Assembly (NCBI GenBank): GCA_017632495.1
Contig: JAGBRG010000016.1
Coordinates: 1 to 34,706 of the forward strand
Length of the DNA: 34,706 nt
DNA from: Spirochaetales bacterium
GTDB taxonomy: Bacteria; Spirochaetota; Spirochaetia; Sphaerochaetales; Sphaerochaetaceae
Reading direction: 5' to 3'
Part shown: in pieces, positions 17,559-24,717 of the stretch
Position numbering within the stretch: the stretch's first letter is position 1
Layout of the letters: each line of letters starts with the position of its first letter
Notes under the pieces: generated by a model
Database searches by the model: none
What the model was told of the DNA's origin: nothing
The model's input: only the letters and a program-made list of their open reading frames with translations
Translations under genes and position numbers: made by a program

Positions 17559-18983
17559 TCAATGATGTGAACTCTTCATCTTTGTTTTGTGCTGATACAT
17601 ATCTTCATCAGCACGCCTGAAGACACTTGCAAAGTTATCGTCAGACTTCGGGTTGTATGTTGCATATCCGCATGCAGCGGTCGGAACTTCCCAGGCCTGC
17701 CTGTTCTTGTTCTTGGAGTCCTTTCTGATTTCATCACGGAAACGTCCGATTAGGCTGTCTCTTATATCAAGGTCATCACCGTTCATTATGACGACAAACT
17801 CATCTCCGCCGATTCTGAACACGGCGGAATCCTTGAAACAGCGGCGGATATTCGAGGCCAGGGTTTTGATGGAGATATCACCCTTGTCATGTCCGTACTT
17901 GTCATTGATGGTCTTCAGGTCATTCATGTCAATCATGACGATGGCATAAGGCTTGTCGGTTTTCTCAAGATCGGCCACGGCTAGGTCATAGGCACGCTTG
18001 TTCAGAAGACCAGTCAGAGAATCAATATTGGCCTCTCTCTTATAGGTCTCAGCATGTACTCTGGCCGTCTCAAGGTCACTTTTGGTCTCCATCAGGTTGT
18101 CATAGTATTCCTTGATGTCCTTTTCCATGCGCTTCATGGATTCGGCAAGAGTCTGTATCTCATCACCTGTACGGACGTCTATCTCTGAAAGCCTCATGCC
18201 GTTTTCTGTGAATGTACCTGCAGCCTGCGAGAGCTTGTTGATAGGACCCACAATAGTGCGCTCAACAGCGATGATTCCTGCAATACCGGCAATAAATGCC
18301 AAACCAGCAAAGACCATAATAGAAGTCAGCAGGAGATTCCTCTCACGGCTGACAATCTCATTCATTGAAAGATCCACCACGGCATAACCCACAAGCTCAC
18401 CGTTGGAGGTGTGGATGGCAGAACCTGTAGTCACAAGGTACCCGTATTCCTGAGTATGTGTGACATTCGGTTTCATTTCCTTGTTCAGGTCTCCCAACTC
18501 TGATAAATCATCGACAAACAGCGGATCCACGCAGCCGGGAGGACAGGCATCTTCATATGCACCGTCAACAAGGTAGACATAACGCCAATTGGGAACATCA
18601 ATCCAAACAATGTAGAGGCAATCCACATCTATTGCATCTTGGACCTGCCTGAGCTGAGCTCTCAGATCAATGAATTCCGGGGTGTCTTCTATCTTACTGA
18701 AACGAGAGACATATGCGTTGAAAGCCTCACTTCCCCACTGGTCACTCAGAACAACATCTTTGACCTCTTTATAGATTCCGATGACGTTGTCTCGAAGAGT
18801 CCGAACCTTATCTGAATCCAAAATCTCCGCCATTGCAAGGGTGATTTCAACAGATCTGCTCTCATAGTCATTTGTTACAAGCGATGATATTCCCCTGTCA
18901 TATACAACGATGGCACTGATACCAATCAGCGCAGAAACGCTGATAACAAGAAAAATAGCCTTCGCTTTAAGCGATAATTTCAT
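17559..18983 (-). CDS. Sensor diguanylate cyclase (TM - extracytoplasmic Cache-like domain - TM - HAMP-like linker - intact GGDEF)
   Basis: DSLTGLLNKRAY, VMIDMNDLKTINDKYGHDKGD and FRIGGDEFVVIM are intact GGDEF motifs. Two TM segments flank a roughly 190-aa domain. ATG 18983 has GGAG 9 nt upstream; the track's earlier start is a TTG. Confidence 0.9.
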   Translation of the reverse strand: MKLSLKAKAIFLVISVSALIGISAIVVYDRGISSLVTNDYESRSVEITLAMAEILDSDKVRTLRDNVIGIYKEVKDVVLSDQWGSEAFNAYVSRFSKIEDTPEFIDLRAQLRQVQDAIDVDCLYIVWIDVPNWRYVYLVDGAYEDACPPGCVDPLFVDDLSELGDLNKEMKPNVTHTQEYGYLVTTGSAIHTSNGELVGYAVVDLSMNEIVSRERNLLLTSIMVFAGLAFIAGIAGIIAVERTIVGPINKLSQAAGTFTENGMRLSEIDVRTGDEIQTLAESMKRMEKDIKEYYDNLMETKSDLETARVHAETYKREANIDSLTGLLNKRAYDLAVADLEKTDKPYAIVMIDMNDLKTINDKYGHDKGDISIKTLASNIRRCFKDSAVFRIGGDEFVVIMNGDDLDIRDSLIGRFRDEIRKDSKNKNRQAWEVPTAACGYATYNPKSDDNFASVFRRADEDMYQHKTKMKSSHH

Positions 18984-19030
18984 AGTTTTTAACTCCAATC
19001 CCAGCAGGGAAACCCGACAATACTCCCTAT

Positions 19031-19059
19031 ATTCTAACCCAATAATATTTACTAGACAA
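19031..19059 (-). promoter_or_regulatory. Candidate sigma70-type promoter for the cyclase-lipoprotein operon
   Basis: On the minus strand: TTGTCT (19059-19054), a 17-nt spacer, then TAGAAT (19036-19031), about 48 nt upstream of ATG 18983. Confidence 0.35.
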
Positions 19060-19070
19060 ATAATATATCG

Positions 19071-19850
19071 TTATCCAAGAGCCACATCAAGAGCCATCAT
19101 CAGGCTAAAGCCGAAGGCAAAAGCAATGACTCCTATGTTGGAATGCTCGCCTGCCGACATTTCCGGAATCAGTTCCTCTACAACGACATAAAGCATGGCT
19201 CCGGCTGCAAATGACAGAAGATAAGGCATGGCTGGAACCACAAGGCCTGCAATCAGAACCGTTATGAAGCCGAAAACAGGTTCGACGGCACCGGAAAGAA
19301 CTCCAAGACCGAAAGATTTCTTCTTGCTCTTACCCTCGGCATACAAAGGCATGGAGATGATGGCTCCCTCGGGGAAATTCTGGATGGCAATACCCAGAGC
19401 CAGAGCCATGGCACCTCCTGCGGTGATATGTGCGGATCCGGAAACAAGACCCGCATAAACCACTCCCACAGCCATTCCCTCAGGAATGTTGTGAAGCGTG
19501 ACGGCAAGAACAAGCATCACAATGCGGCTTGCCTTGCTCTTGGGACCTTCCACCTGGTCGGTTCCGACATGAAGATGAGGAATGACCTCATCAAGAAGGA
19601 GCAGAAAAAGAATTCCGAACCAGAAGCCGATGAAGGCTGGAAGAAAAGCCCATCGGCCCCTGTCCGAACACTGCTCGATCGCAGGAACAATCAGACTCCA
19701 GATCGATGCGGCAACCATCACACCTGCGGCAAAGCCCGTCAGCGCCCGCTGGACGCTGATTTTCAAATCTTTTTTCAGAAAGAAAACACAGGCGGCACCA
19801 AGGGAGGTGCCCAAAAACGGAATCAGAAGTCCTGTCAGAACCGTACTCAT
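19071..19850 (-). CDS. ZIP-family divalent metal (zinc) transporter, ZupT-like
   Basis: 259 aa, multi-TM, with ZIP signatures LHNIPEGMAVG and IQNFPEGAIISMPL. Confidence 0.9.
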   Translation of the reverse strand: MSTVLTGLLIPFLGTSLGAACVFFLKKDLKISVQRALTGFAAGVMVAASIWSLIVPAIEQCSDRGRWAFLPAFIGFWFGILFLLLLDEVIPHLHVGTDQVEGPKSKASRIVMLVLAVTLHNIPEGMAVGVVYAGLVSGSAHITAGGAMALALGIAIQNFPEGAIISMPLYAEGKSKKKSFGLGVLSGAVEPVFGFITVLIAGLVVPAMPYLLSFAAGAMLYVVVEELIPEMSAGEHSNIGVIAFAFGFSLMMALDVALG

Positions 19851-19879
19851 TTTGCAAAACCCATCCTATTAATAAAGGC

Positions 19880-19888
19880 ATTGTATCA
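19880..19888 (-). promoter_or_regulatory. Candidate extended -10 promoter element (TGATACAAT) for the ZIP transporter gene
   Basis: The minus strand reads TGATACAAT about 30 nt upstream of ATG 19850. No convincing -35 was seen. Confidence 0.3.
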
Positions 19889-19962
19889 CAAAAGCTTCCA
19901 GGTCGCAGCCTCCTCCCTGAGTTTGATGAAGTTGCTGAAGCGGTCGTTTATCCTTGATGTTT

Positions 19963-20139
19963 TCATGCACGCCTCTTGTGGCATGTGCCGCACATAGCGC
20001 AGTGGGCGCAGCCTCCGCAACAGGAGGCCTTGCCTTTTTTCTTATCCTTGACCATTTTCACAATCACTAGAGCAACCAATGCAGCCAAAGCCAGCGAAAT
20101 CAATATTGTTCCGATGTTGTTGCCTAACCACGCAATCAT
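19963..20139 (-). CDS. FeoB-associated Cys-rich small membrane protein (58 aa); not in the supplied ORF track
   Basis: Minus-strand ORF MIAWLGNNIGTILISLALAALVALVIVKMVKDKKKGKASCCGGCAHCAMCGTCHKRRA. It has one TM helix, a lysine patch and a C-terminal Cys cluster. It starts 16 nt after the feoB stop, which is the typical position and composition for this family. Confidence 0.8.
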   Translation of the reverse strand: MIAWLGNNIGTILISLALAALVALVIVKMVKDKKKGKASCCGGCAHCAMCGTCHKRRA

Positions 20140-20155
20140 AAATTTACCTCCGCAA

Positions 20156-22543
20156 TCAGCTTCTTCTGATTGCCTCCTTGTACTTCTTGAAGAACAGCAT
20201 GTAGATGATCACAGCCAGAGCAGCGATAGCGAACAGAAGTCCAATGATATTGGCCTTTCCTGTGAACAGGTTGCCGAACTGTGTGATCATAAGAGCGATT
20301 ACATATGCAAAGCCGCACTGATATCCGATTGCGAACCATGTCCACTTCTTGTTGTTCATCTCACGCTTGATGGCACCGATTGCAGCAAAGCACGGAGCGC
20401 AAAGGAGGTTGAATACCAGGAACGAGAAACCTGTGACGGAAGTGAATGCCTGAGACAGTGTCTGCCAGACTGTAGCGTCTCCGCCGCCGTAAAGGATTCC
20501 CATTGTTCCTACGATGTTCTCCTTTGCAACAAGACCTGTGATTGAAGCAACGGCTGCCTGCCAGTTTCCCCATCCGAGCGGTGCGAAAATCCAGGCAATC
20601 AGACTACCGATTCTTGCCAGAATCGAGAGGTTAAGCTCGTCAGATTCAAGCATGCGGAAACCGTCAGATGTGAATCCGAAGTAGCTTGTGAACCAGACAA
20701 TGATTGTTGAAAGCAGAATGATTGTTCCTGCCTTCTTGATGAATGACCATCCGCGCTCCCACATCGAGCGAAGCACGTTGCCAACTGTCGGCCAGTGATA
20801 AGCCGGAAGCTCCATGACAAACGGTGCAGGCTCGCCAGCGAACATCTTTGTCTTCTTGAGCATGATTCCGGAAATGACAATTGCAGCCATTCCGATGAAG
20901 TATGCTGAAGTCGATACCCATGCAGAACCTCCGAAGATAGCTCCTGCAATCATTGCGATGAAAGGAACCTTTGCTCCGCAGGGGATGAATGTTGTTGTCA
21001 TGATCGTCATACGGCGGTCACGCTCGTTTTCAATAGTTCTGCTTGCCATAATTCCGGGAACACCGCATCCGACTCCGATGAGCATCGGAATGAATGACTT
21101 TCCGGAAAGGCCGAACTTACGGAAAACACGGTCAAGGACAAATGCGATTCTTGCCATGTAACCGCAGGCCTCCAGGAATGCAAGCATCAAGAAGAGCACC
21201 AGCATCTGCGGTACAAAGCCCAGAACTGCTCCGACACCGGCTACGATACCGTCAAGAATCAGACCCTTGAGCCAAGGTGCTGCGTTTGCCGCATCAAGAC
21301 CGCTTTCAACAAGTGCGGGAATTCCGGGAACCCAAACGCCGTACTCTGCAGGATCAGGCTCCTCGCCTATCTCATTCAGTACTGCAACAGCTTCATTGTA
21401 ATCATCCAAAGAGGCTGTCTCATAGGAAACCTCAAGTGTCTCCTCATCTTCAACGGCATAGTCGAACTCAGAAACAGGAGCCTTTCCGTTTTCTTCAACG
21501 TAGGCATCATAACCGTCGACAATAAGTGATGCTTCATTATATTTTTCGGAGATTTCTCCGTATCCTCCGTCTATTCCGAACAGATGGAAACCGTCTCCGA
21601 AGATACAGTCATTTGTAAAGTCCGTAGCAGGTGCTCCCACGCCGACCATTGCAATCCAGTAAACCAGGAACATGACAACGGCGAAAATCGGAAGTCCCAG
21701 CCAGCGGTTTGTGACAACACGGTCGATCTTATCCGATGTGGAGGCCACGCCCTTTTTCTTTTTTTTGTAACAGGCTCTGATGACCTCGGCGATGTAGACA
21801 TAGCGCTCGTTGGTGATGATACTCTCTGCGTCATCGTCCAGCTCTTTTTCAGCATCCCTGATGTCGTCTTCAATGTGAGAAAGTTTTTCGGGTGAGATGG
21901 AAAGCTGCTTCATGACCTTGTCATCACGCTCAAAAACCTTGATGGCATACCATCTCTGCTGCTCGGCCGGCATGTTGTGAACCGCAGCCTCCTCAATGTG
22001 GGCAAGTGCGTGCTCTACAGGACCTGAGAATGTGTGCTGAGGAACTGTCTTTGTTCCTTTTGCTGCCTCTATTGCGGCATCGGCTGCAGCCATGACTCCG
22101 TCTCCCTTCAGAGCAGAGATCTCAACAATCTTGCATCCGAGCTGTCTTGAAAGCTCATTGGTATTGATCACATCGCCGTTCTTTCTGACAACGTCCATCA
22201 TGTTGACTGCGACAACAACCGGGATACCAAGCTCGACAAGCTGTGTTGTCAGATAGAGGTTTCTTTCCAGGTTGGTTCCGTCGATTATATTAAGTATCGC
22301 ATCCGGGCGCTCACCGATGAGGTAGTTTCTGGCTACGACTTCTTCAAGAGTATACGGAGACAGTGAATAAATTCCGGGAAGGTCGGTGATTGTGACACCT
22401 TCATGGTTCTTAAGCTTTCCCTCTTTCTTCTCCACCGTGACACCGGGCCAGTTTCCGACGAACTGATTCGATCCGGTAAGTGAGTTGAACAGTGTTGTCT
22501 TCCCGCTGTTCGGGTTGCCTGCCAAGGCGATTCTGATATTCAT
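20156..22543 (-). CDS. feoB: Ferrous iron transporter FeoB
   Basis: N-terminal G-domain (IALAGNPNSGKTTLFNSLTG, DLPGIYSL, NMMD) is followed by the polytopic gate-motif membrane domain. RBS AAAGGAG. Confidence 0.97.
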   Translation of the reverse strand: MNIRIALAGNPNSGKTTLFNSLTGSNQFVGNWPGVTVEKKEGKLKNHEGVTITDLPGIYSLSPYTLEEVVARNYLIGERPDAILNIIDGTNLERNLYLTTQLVELGIPVVVAVNMMDVVRKNGDVINTNELSRQLGCKIVEISALKGDGVMAAADAAIEAAKGTKTVPQHTFSGPVEHALAHIEEAAVHNMPAEQQRWYAIKVFERDDKVMKQLSISPEKLSHIEDDIRDAEKELDDDAESIITNERYVYIAEVIRACYKKKKKGVASTSDKIDRVVTNRWLGLPIFAVVMFLVYWIAMVGVGAPATDFTNDCIFGDGFHLFGIDGGYGEISEKYNEASLIVDGYDAYVEENGKAPVSEFDYAVEDEETLEVSYETASLDDYNEAVAVLNEIGEEPDPAEYGVWVPGIPALVESGLDAANAAPWLKGLILDGIVAGVGAVLGFVPQMLVLFLMLAFLEACGYMARIAFVLDRVFRKFGLSGKSFIPMLIGVGCGVPGIMASRTIENERDRRMTIMTTTFIPCGAKVPFIAMIAGAIFGGSAWVSTSAYFIGMAAIVISGIMLKKTKMFAGEPAPFVMELPAYHWPTVGNVLRSMWERGWSFIKKAGTIILLSTIIVWFTSYFGFTSDGFRMLESDELNLSILARIGSLIAWIFAPLGWGNWQAAVASITGLVAKENIVGTMGILYGGGDATVWQTLSQAFTSVTGFSFLVFNLLCAPCFAAIGAIKREMNNKKWTWFAIGYQCGFAYVIALMITQFGNLFTGKANIIGLLFAIAALAVIIYMLFFKKYKEAIRRS

Positions 22544-22559
22544 AACAGTTACTCCTTTA

Positions 22560-22575
22560 GTTAGTTGAGTCTAAC
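22560..22575. promoter_or_regulatory. Third operator-like palindrome (GTTAGTTGAGTCTAAC) in the feoA-feoB spacer, next to the feoB RBS
   Basis: It matches the two promoter palindromes at 13 of 16 positions. It could equally be an mRNA hairpin (AGTTAG/CTAACT arms). Confidence 0.4.
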
Positions 22576-22592
22576 TCAATCCCCAAAAAAAA

Positions 22593-22814
22593 TTATTCAA
22601 CTTCAATCATCTGAGCATCAGCCTTGCGGATTGAAAGCTCATAGTCTCTTACGGTGACTTCAATCGGATCTCCGAGCGGAGCAACCTTACGTACATAGAC
22701 GGAAGTACCCTTTGTAATACCCATGTCCATGATTCTGCGTTTGACGGCTCCCTCTCCGTGGAGCTTGACCACAACAGCGGTTTTGCCGATTCCAACATCC
22801 CTGAGTGTCTTCAT
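22593..22814 (-). CDS. feoA: FeoA family protein
   Basis: 73 aa with an SH3-like FeoA pattern (VVKLHGEGAVKRRIMDMGITKGTSVYVRKVAPLGDPIEV). Confidence 0.9.
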   Translation of the reverse strand: MKTLRDVGIGKTAVVVKLHGEGAVKRRIMDMGITKGTSVYVRKVAPLGDPIEVTVRDYELSIRKADAQMIEVE

Positions 22815-22832
22815 AAAATGCCCTCCTATAGG

Positions 22833-23045
22833 TCAAACCATTATTCTCATCGCCAGTTCGCTGCTGACAGCCACCCGGCTTTCCTTGACCTTCACGATCA
22901 GATTCCCACCCAAAGTACTGACTACACTCACCTCTGAGCCAACGTTGAAGCCCAGGTCTTCCAGATGTTTCTTGACTTCCGGACTTCCTCCGATTTTCCT
23001 GACAATCTGTGCTTTGCTTGTATCCGCTAAATTCAGTGGCATCAT
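22833..23045 (-). CDS. feoA: FeoA family protein (second copy)
   Basis: 70 aa (IVRKIGGSPEVKKHLEDLGFNVGSEVSVVSTLGGNLIVKV). It is the first gene of the feo operon. RBS GAAGGAG. Confidence 0.85.
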   Translation of the reverse strand: MMPLNLADTSKAQIVRKIGGSPEVKKHLEDLGFNVGSEVSVVSTLGGNLIVKVKESRVAVSSELAMRIMV

Positions 23046-23065
23046 CGTATTCTCCTTCGGGTTTA

Positions 23066-23081
23066 GTTAGCTGTGGCTAAC
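23066..23081. promoter_or_regulatory. DtxR-family-type operator palindrome 1 (GTTAGCTGTGGCTAAC), downstream of the feo -10 box
   Basis: Perfect 6-bp inverted arms GTTAGC/GCTAAC separated by 4 nt. The half-site resembles the TTAGC/GCTAA core of DtxR/IdeR boxes. Confidence 0.6.
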
Positions 23082-23090
23082 TTCAGCCAC

Positions 23091-23119
23091 ATTATGGTTA
23101 GCAGAGGCTAACTTGTCAA
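23091..23119 (-). promoter_or_regulatory. Sigma70-type promoter of the feoA-feoA-feoB operon
   Basis: On the minus strand: TTGACA (23119-23114), a 17-nt spacer, then CATAAT (23096-23091), about 45 nt upstream of the first feoA ATG. Confidence 0.6.
23097..23112. promoter_or_regulatory. DtxR-family-type operator palindrome 2 (GTTAGCAGAGGCTAAC), filling the -35/-10 spacer of the feo promoter
   Basis: It has the same arms as operator 1 and lies 31 bp away. It sits exactly between TTGACA and CATAAT on the minus strand. Confidence 0.6.
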
Positions 23120-23200
23120 GTATACCCAATCCTGTCTGTTGAAAATTACGTGATTCTGTGAGAGTCTATTGATAATGGTAAAAAAGGAGGCGACTCAGAT

Positions 23201-23578
23201 ATGCCAATGCAGGAATCAGGGGAGATGTATCTTGAGACTATCTATGTCCTTTCCCAGAAATCATCACAGGTCCGTGCAATAGACGTAGGCGAGCACATGG
23301 GTTTCTCAAAACCCTCAGTCAGCCGCGCCCTTGGCATTCTGAAGGATGAAGGTCTTGTTTTCACGGATGACCGCGGCTTTGTTAATCTCACAGAAGAAGG
23401 CGAAAAAAAAGCCTCCGGCATATACGAACGCCACCAGGTTCTGACAAAGCTTCTGATGGACATAGGCGTTGACGAAGAAACCGCCACAGAAGATGCCTGC
23501 CGCATAGAGCACTACATCAGCGAAAAAACCTTTGCCGCAATCAAAGCCAGAATCGGAAGCTGCGCTACTAAGAAATAA
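23201..23578 (+). CDS. DtxR/MntR-family metal-dependent transcriptional repressor (short form without SH3-like domain)
   Basis: GEMYLETIY..., HTH VRAIDVGEHMGFSKPSVSRALGILKDEGLV, and the metal-site block EDACRIEHYIS (C/E/H ligands as in DtxR C102/E105/H106). RBS AAGGAGG. It is divergent from the feo operon. Confidence 0.9.
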   Translation: MPMQESGEMYLETIYVLSQKSSQVRAIDVGEHMGFSKPSVSRALGILKDEGLVFTDDRGFVNLTEEGEKKASGIYERHQVLTKLLMDIGVDEETATEDACRIEHYISEKTFAAIKARIGSCATKK

Positions 23579-24067
23579 TTATCTTCTTCCTGAGGCTTTC
23601 ATCTCACAGGCGAAGGCCTCGGGGTGCTTTCTGTACCAATCCTGATGATATTCCTCGGCCATATAGAATGATTTGAAGGCTTCAATGCTGATTTTCACCG
23701 GTCTACCTGAGGTTTTTTCAAGTTCCGCAATCGCTTTGTTGGCTTCAGCCTTCTCTTCTTCGGTGCAGTAGTAGATTGCAAGAGTATAGCTTCTTCCCCT
23801 GTCTATGAACTGGCCGCCAGCGTCAAAGGGATCCACGTTGGCAAGAAAAGTCTGAAGCAGGTCGTTATAGGAAACCTTCTCAGCATCATAAGAGATGCAG
23901 ATGGTCTCCCTATGCCCGGTCTTCTGAGCCTTTACATCCTCATATTTTGGATCCTTCTCGTCTCCGCCGCAAAAGCCGCTAGAGACGCTCAGAACTCCGT
24001 CAATCTCATAAAACGGTGGGGTGATACACCAAAAGCATCCGCCTGCAAAATAAGCCTTTCTTGTCAT
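23579..24067 (-). CDS. msrA: Peptide methionine-(S)-sulfoxide reductase MsrA
   Basis: The AYFAGGCFWC active-site motif is present and the 162-aa length is typical. Confidence 0.95.
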   Translation of the reverse strand: MTRKAYFAGGCFWCITPPFYEIDGVLSVSSGFCGGDEKDPKYEDVKAQKTGHRETICISYDAEKVSYNDLLQTFLANVDPFDAGGQFIDRGRSYTLAIYYCTEEEKAEANKAIAELEKTSGRPVKISIEAFKSFYMAEEYHQDWYRKHPEAFACEMKASGRR

Positions 24068-24154
24068 GCCCTCATGTTAGCACTGATTCTTTTCATTGTT
24101 CAGTCCCCGTCGTGCTATAATTTCCAAGATAGGAACAAACATAAGGAGACAGAA

Positions 24155-24667
24155 ATGAAGATAGCAGTTTTTAACGGTGGTCCGAGAAAAATGAACACGG
24201 AAGCAATGGTCCAAGCTTTCTGCGAAGGCGCAAGAGAAGCAGGCCATGAGGTTGAAGAATATCATGTCGGAAGAATGAAAATCGCAGGATGTCTGGGATG
24301 CGAGTACTGCCACACAAAAGGCAACGGCAGTTGCATTCAGAAAGACGATTTTGAAAAGATTCTTCCAGCTTACAAGGATGCCGACATGATTGTCTTTGCA
24401 TCCCCTATCTACTATTTCATGATGACAGCCCAGATGGAGGCCGCAATCCAGAGAGTCTACTGCATCGGGAAGCCTCTCAAGGCTAAACAGGCAGCTTTGC
24501 TTCTCTCTTCAGCCTCACCCGGAGTCTATGACGGTTCCATCGCACAGTTTAAGGATTACATGGATTATGCAGGAATCAAGGTCGCCGGAATCATCACAGC
24601 CCACGGATCCGAAAACAAGTCCGAGGCCAAAATGAAGGAGATCAGAGATTTCGCCAAGTCTCTTTGA
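24155..24667 (+). CDS. Flavodoxin-fold NAD(P)H-dependent FMN reductase / iron-sulfur flavoprotein (Isf-like)
   Basis: MKIAVFNGGPRK...IVFASPIYYFMMTAQ (FMN reductase fold) plus a compact Cys motif CLGCEYCHTKGNGSC (C-x2-C-x2-C-x7-C). AAGGAG lies 6 nt upstream of ATG 24155. The longer 23912 start overlaps msrA. Confidence 0.8.
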   Translation: MKIAVFNGGPRKMNTEAMVQAFCEGAREAGHEVEEYHVGRMKIAGCLGCEYCHTKGNGSCIQKDDFEKILPAYKDADMIVFASPIYYFMMTAQMEAAIQRVYCIGKPLKAKQAALLLSSASPGVYDGSIAQFKDYMDYAGIKVAGIITAHGSENKSEAKMKEIRDFAKSL

Positions 24668-24672
24668 TTTGC

Positions 24673-24717
24673 AAGATGTGCTGACTTTGCTTTACGCAAA
24701 CAGCACATCTTTTTTTT
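24673..24717 (+). terminator. Rho-independent terminator of the flavoprotein gene
   Basis: AAGATGTGCTG (24673-24683) pairs with CAGCACATCTT (24701-24711). An inner TTTGC/GCAAA stem and 5-nt loop are followed by 8 T (24710-24717). Confidence 0.65.

Noticed and set aside
17551-17562. TTG starts proposed by the track for the lipoprotein (17562) and the cyclase (18998).
   Set aside because: In-frame ATGs a few codons downstream (17550 and 18983) have GAGGAG/GGAG SD sequences at suitable spacing and give a standard signal peptide and TM start.
19851-19962. Possible intrinsic terminator after the feo operon, or a Zur/Fur box upstream of the ZIP transporter gene.
   Set aside because: Only a weak 4-bp stem (CAGG/CCTG) with a short T-run is present. 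No convincing palindrome resembling Zur or Fur boxes was found.
19428-20545. Two ~189-aa plus-strand ORFs (19428-19997 and 19976-20545) spanning the ZIP / Cys-rich peptide / feoB 3' region.
   Set aside because: They are antisense to well-supported minus-strand genes and their translations are compositionally aberrant (Lys/Arg/Ser/Cys-rich). The real small gene in this interval is on the minus strand (19963-20139).
21150-21560. Long acidic insert (about 130 aa, DGYDAYVEENGKAPVSEFDYAVEDEETLEVSYETASLDDYNEAVAVLNEIGEEPDP) between the first two TM helices of FeoB.
   Set aside because: Extended outside loops occur in some FeoB proteins, and I cannot judge its rarity without a database comparison. 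The frame is continuous and nothing else supports a separate domain.
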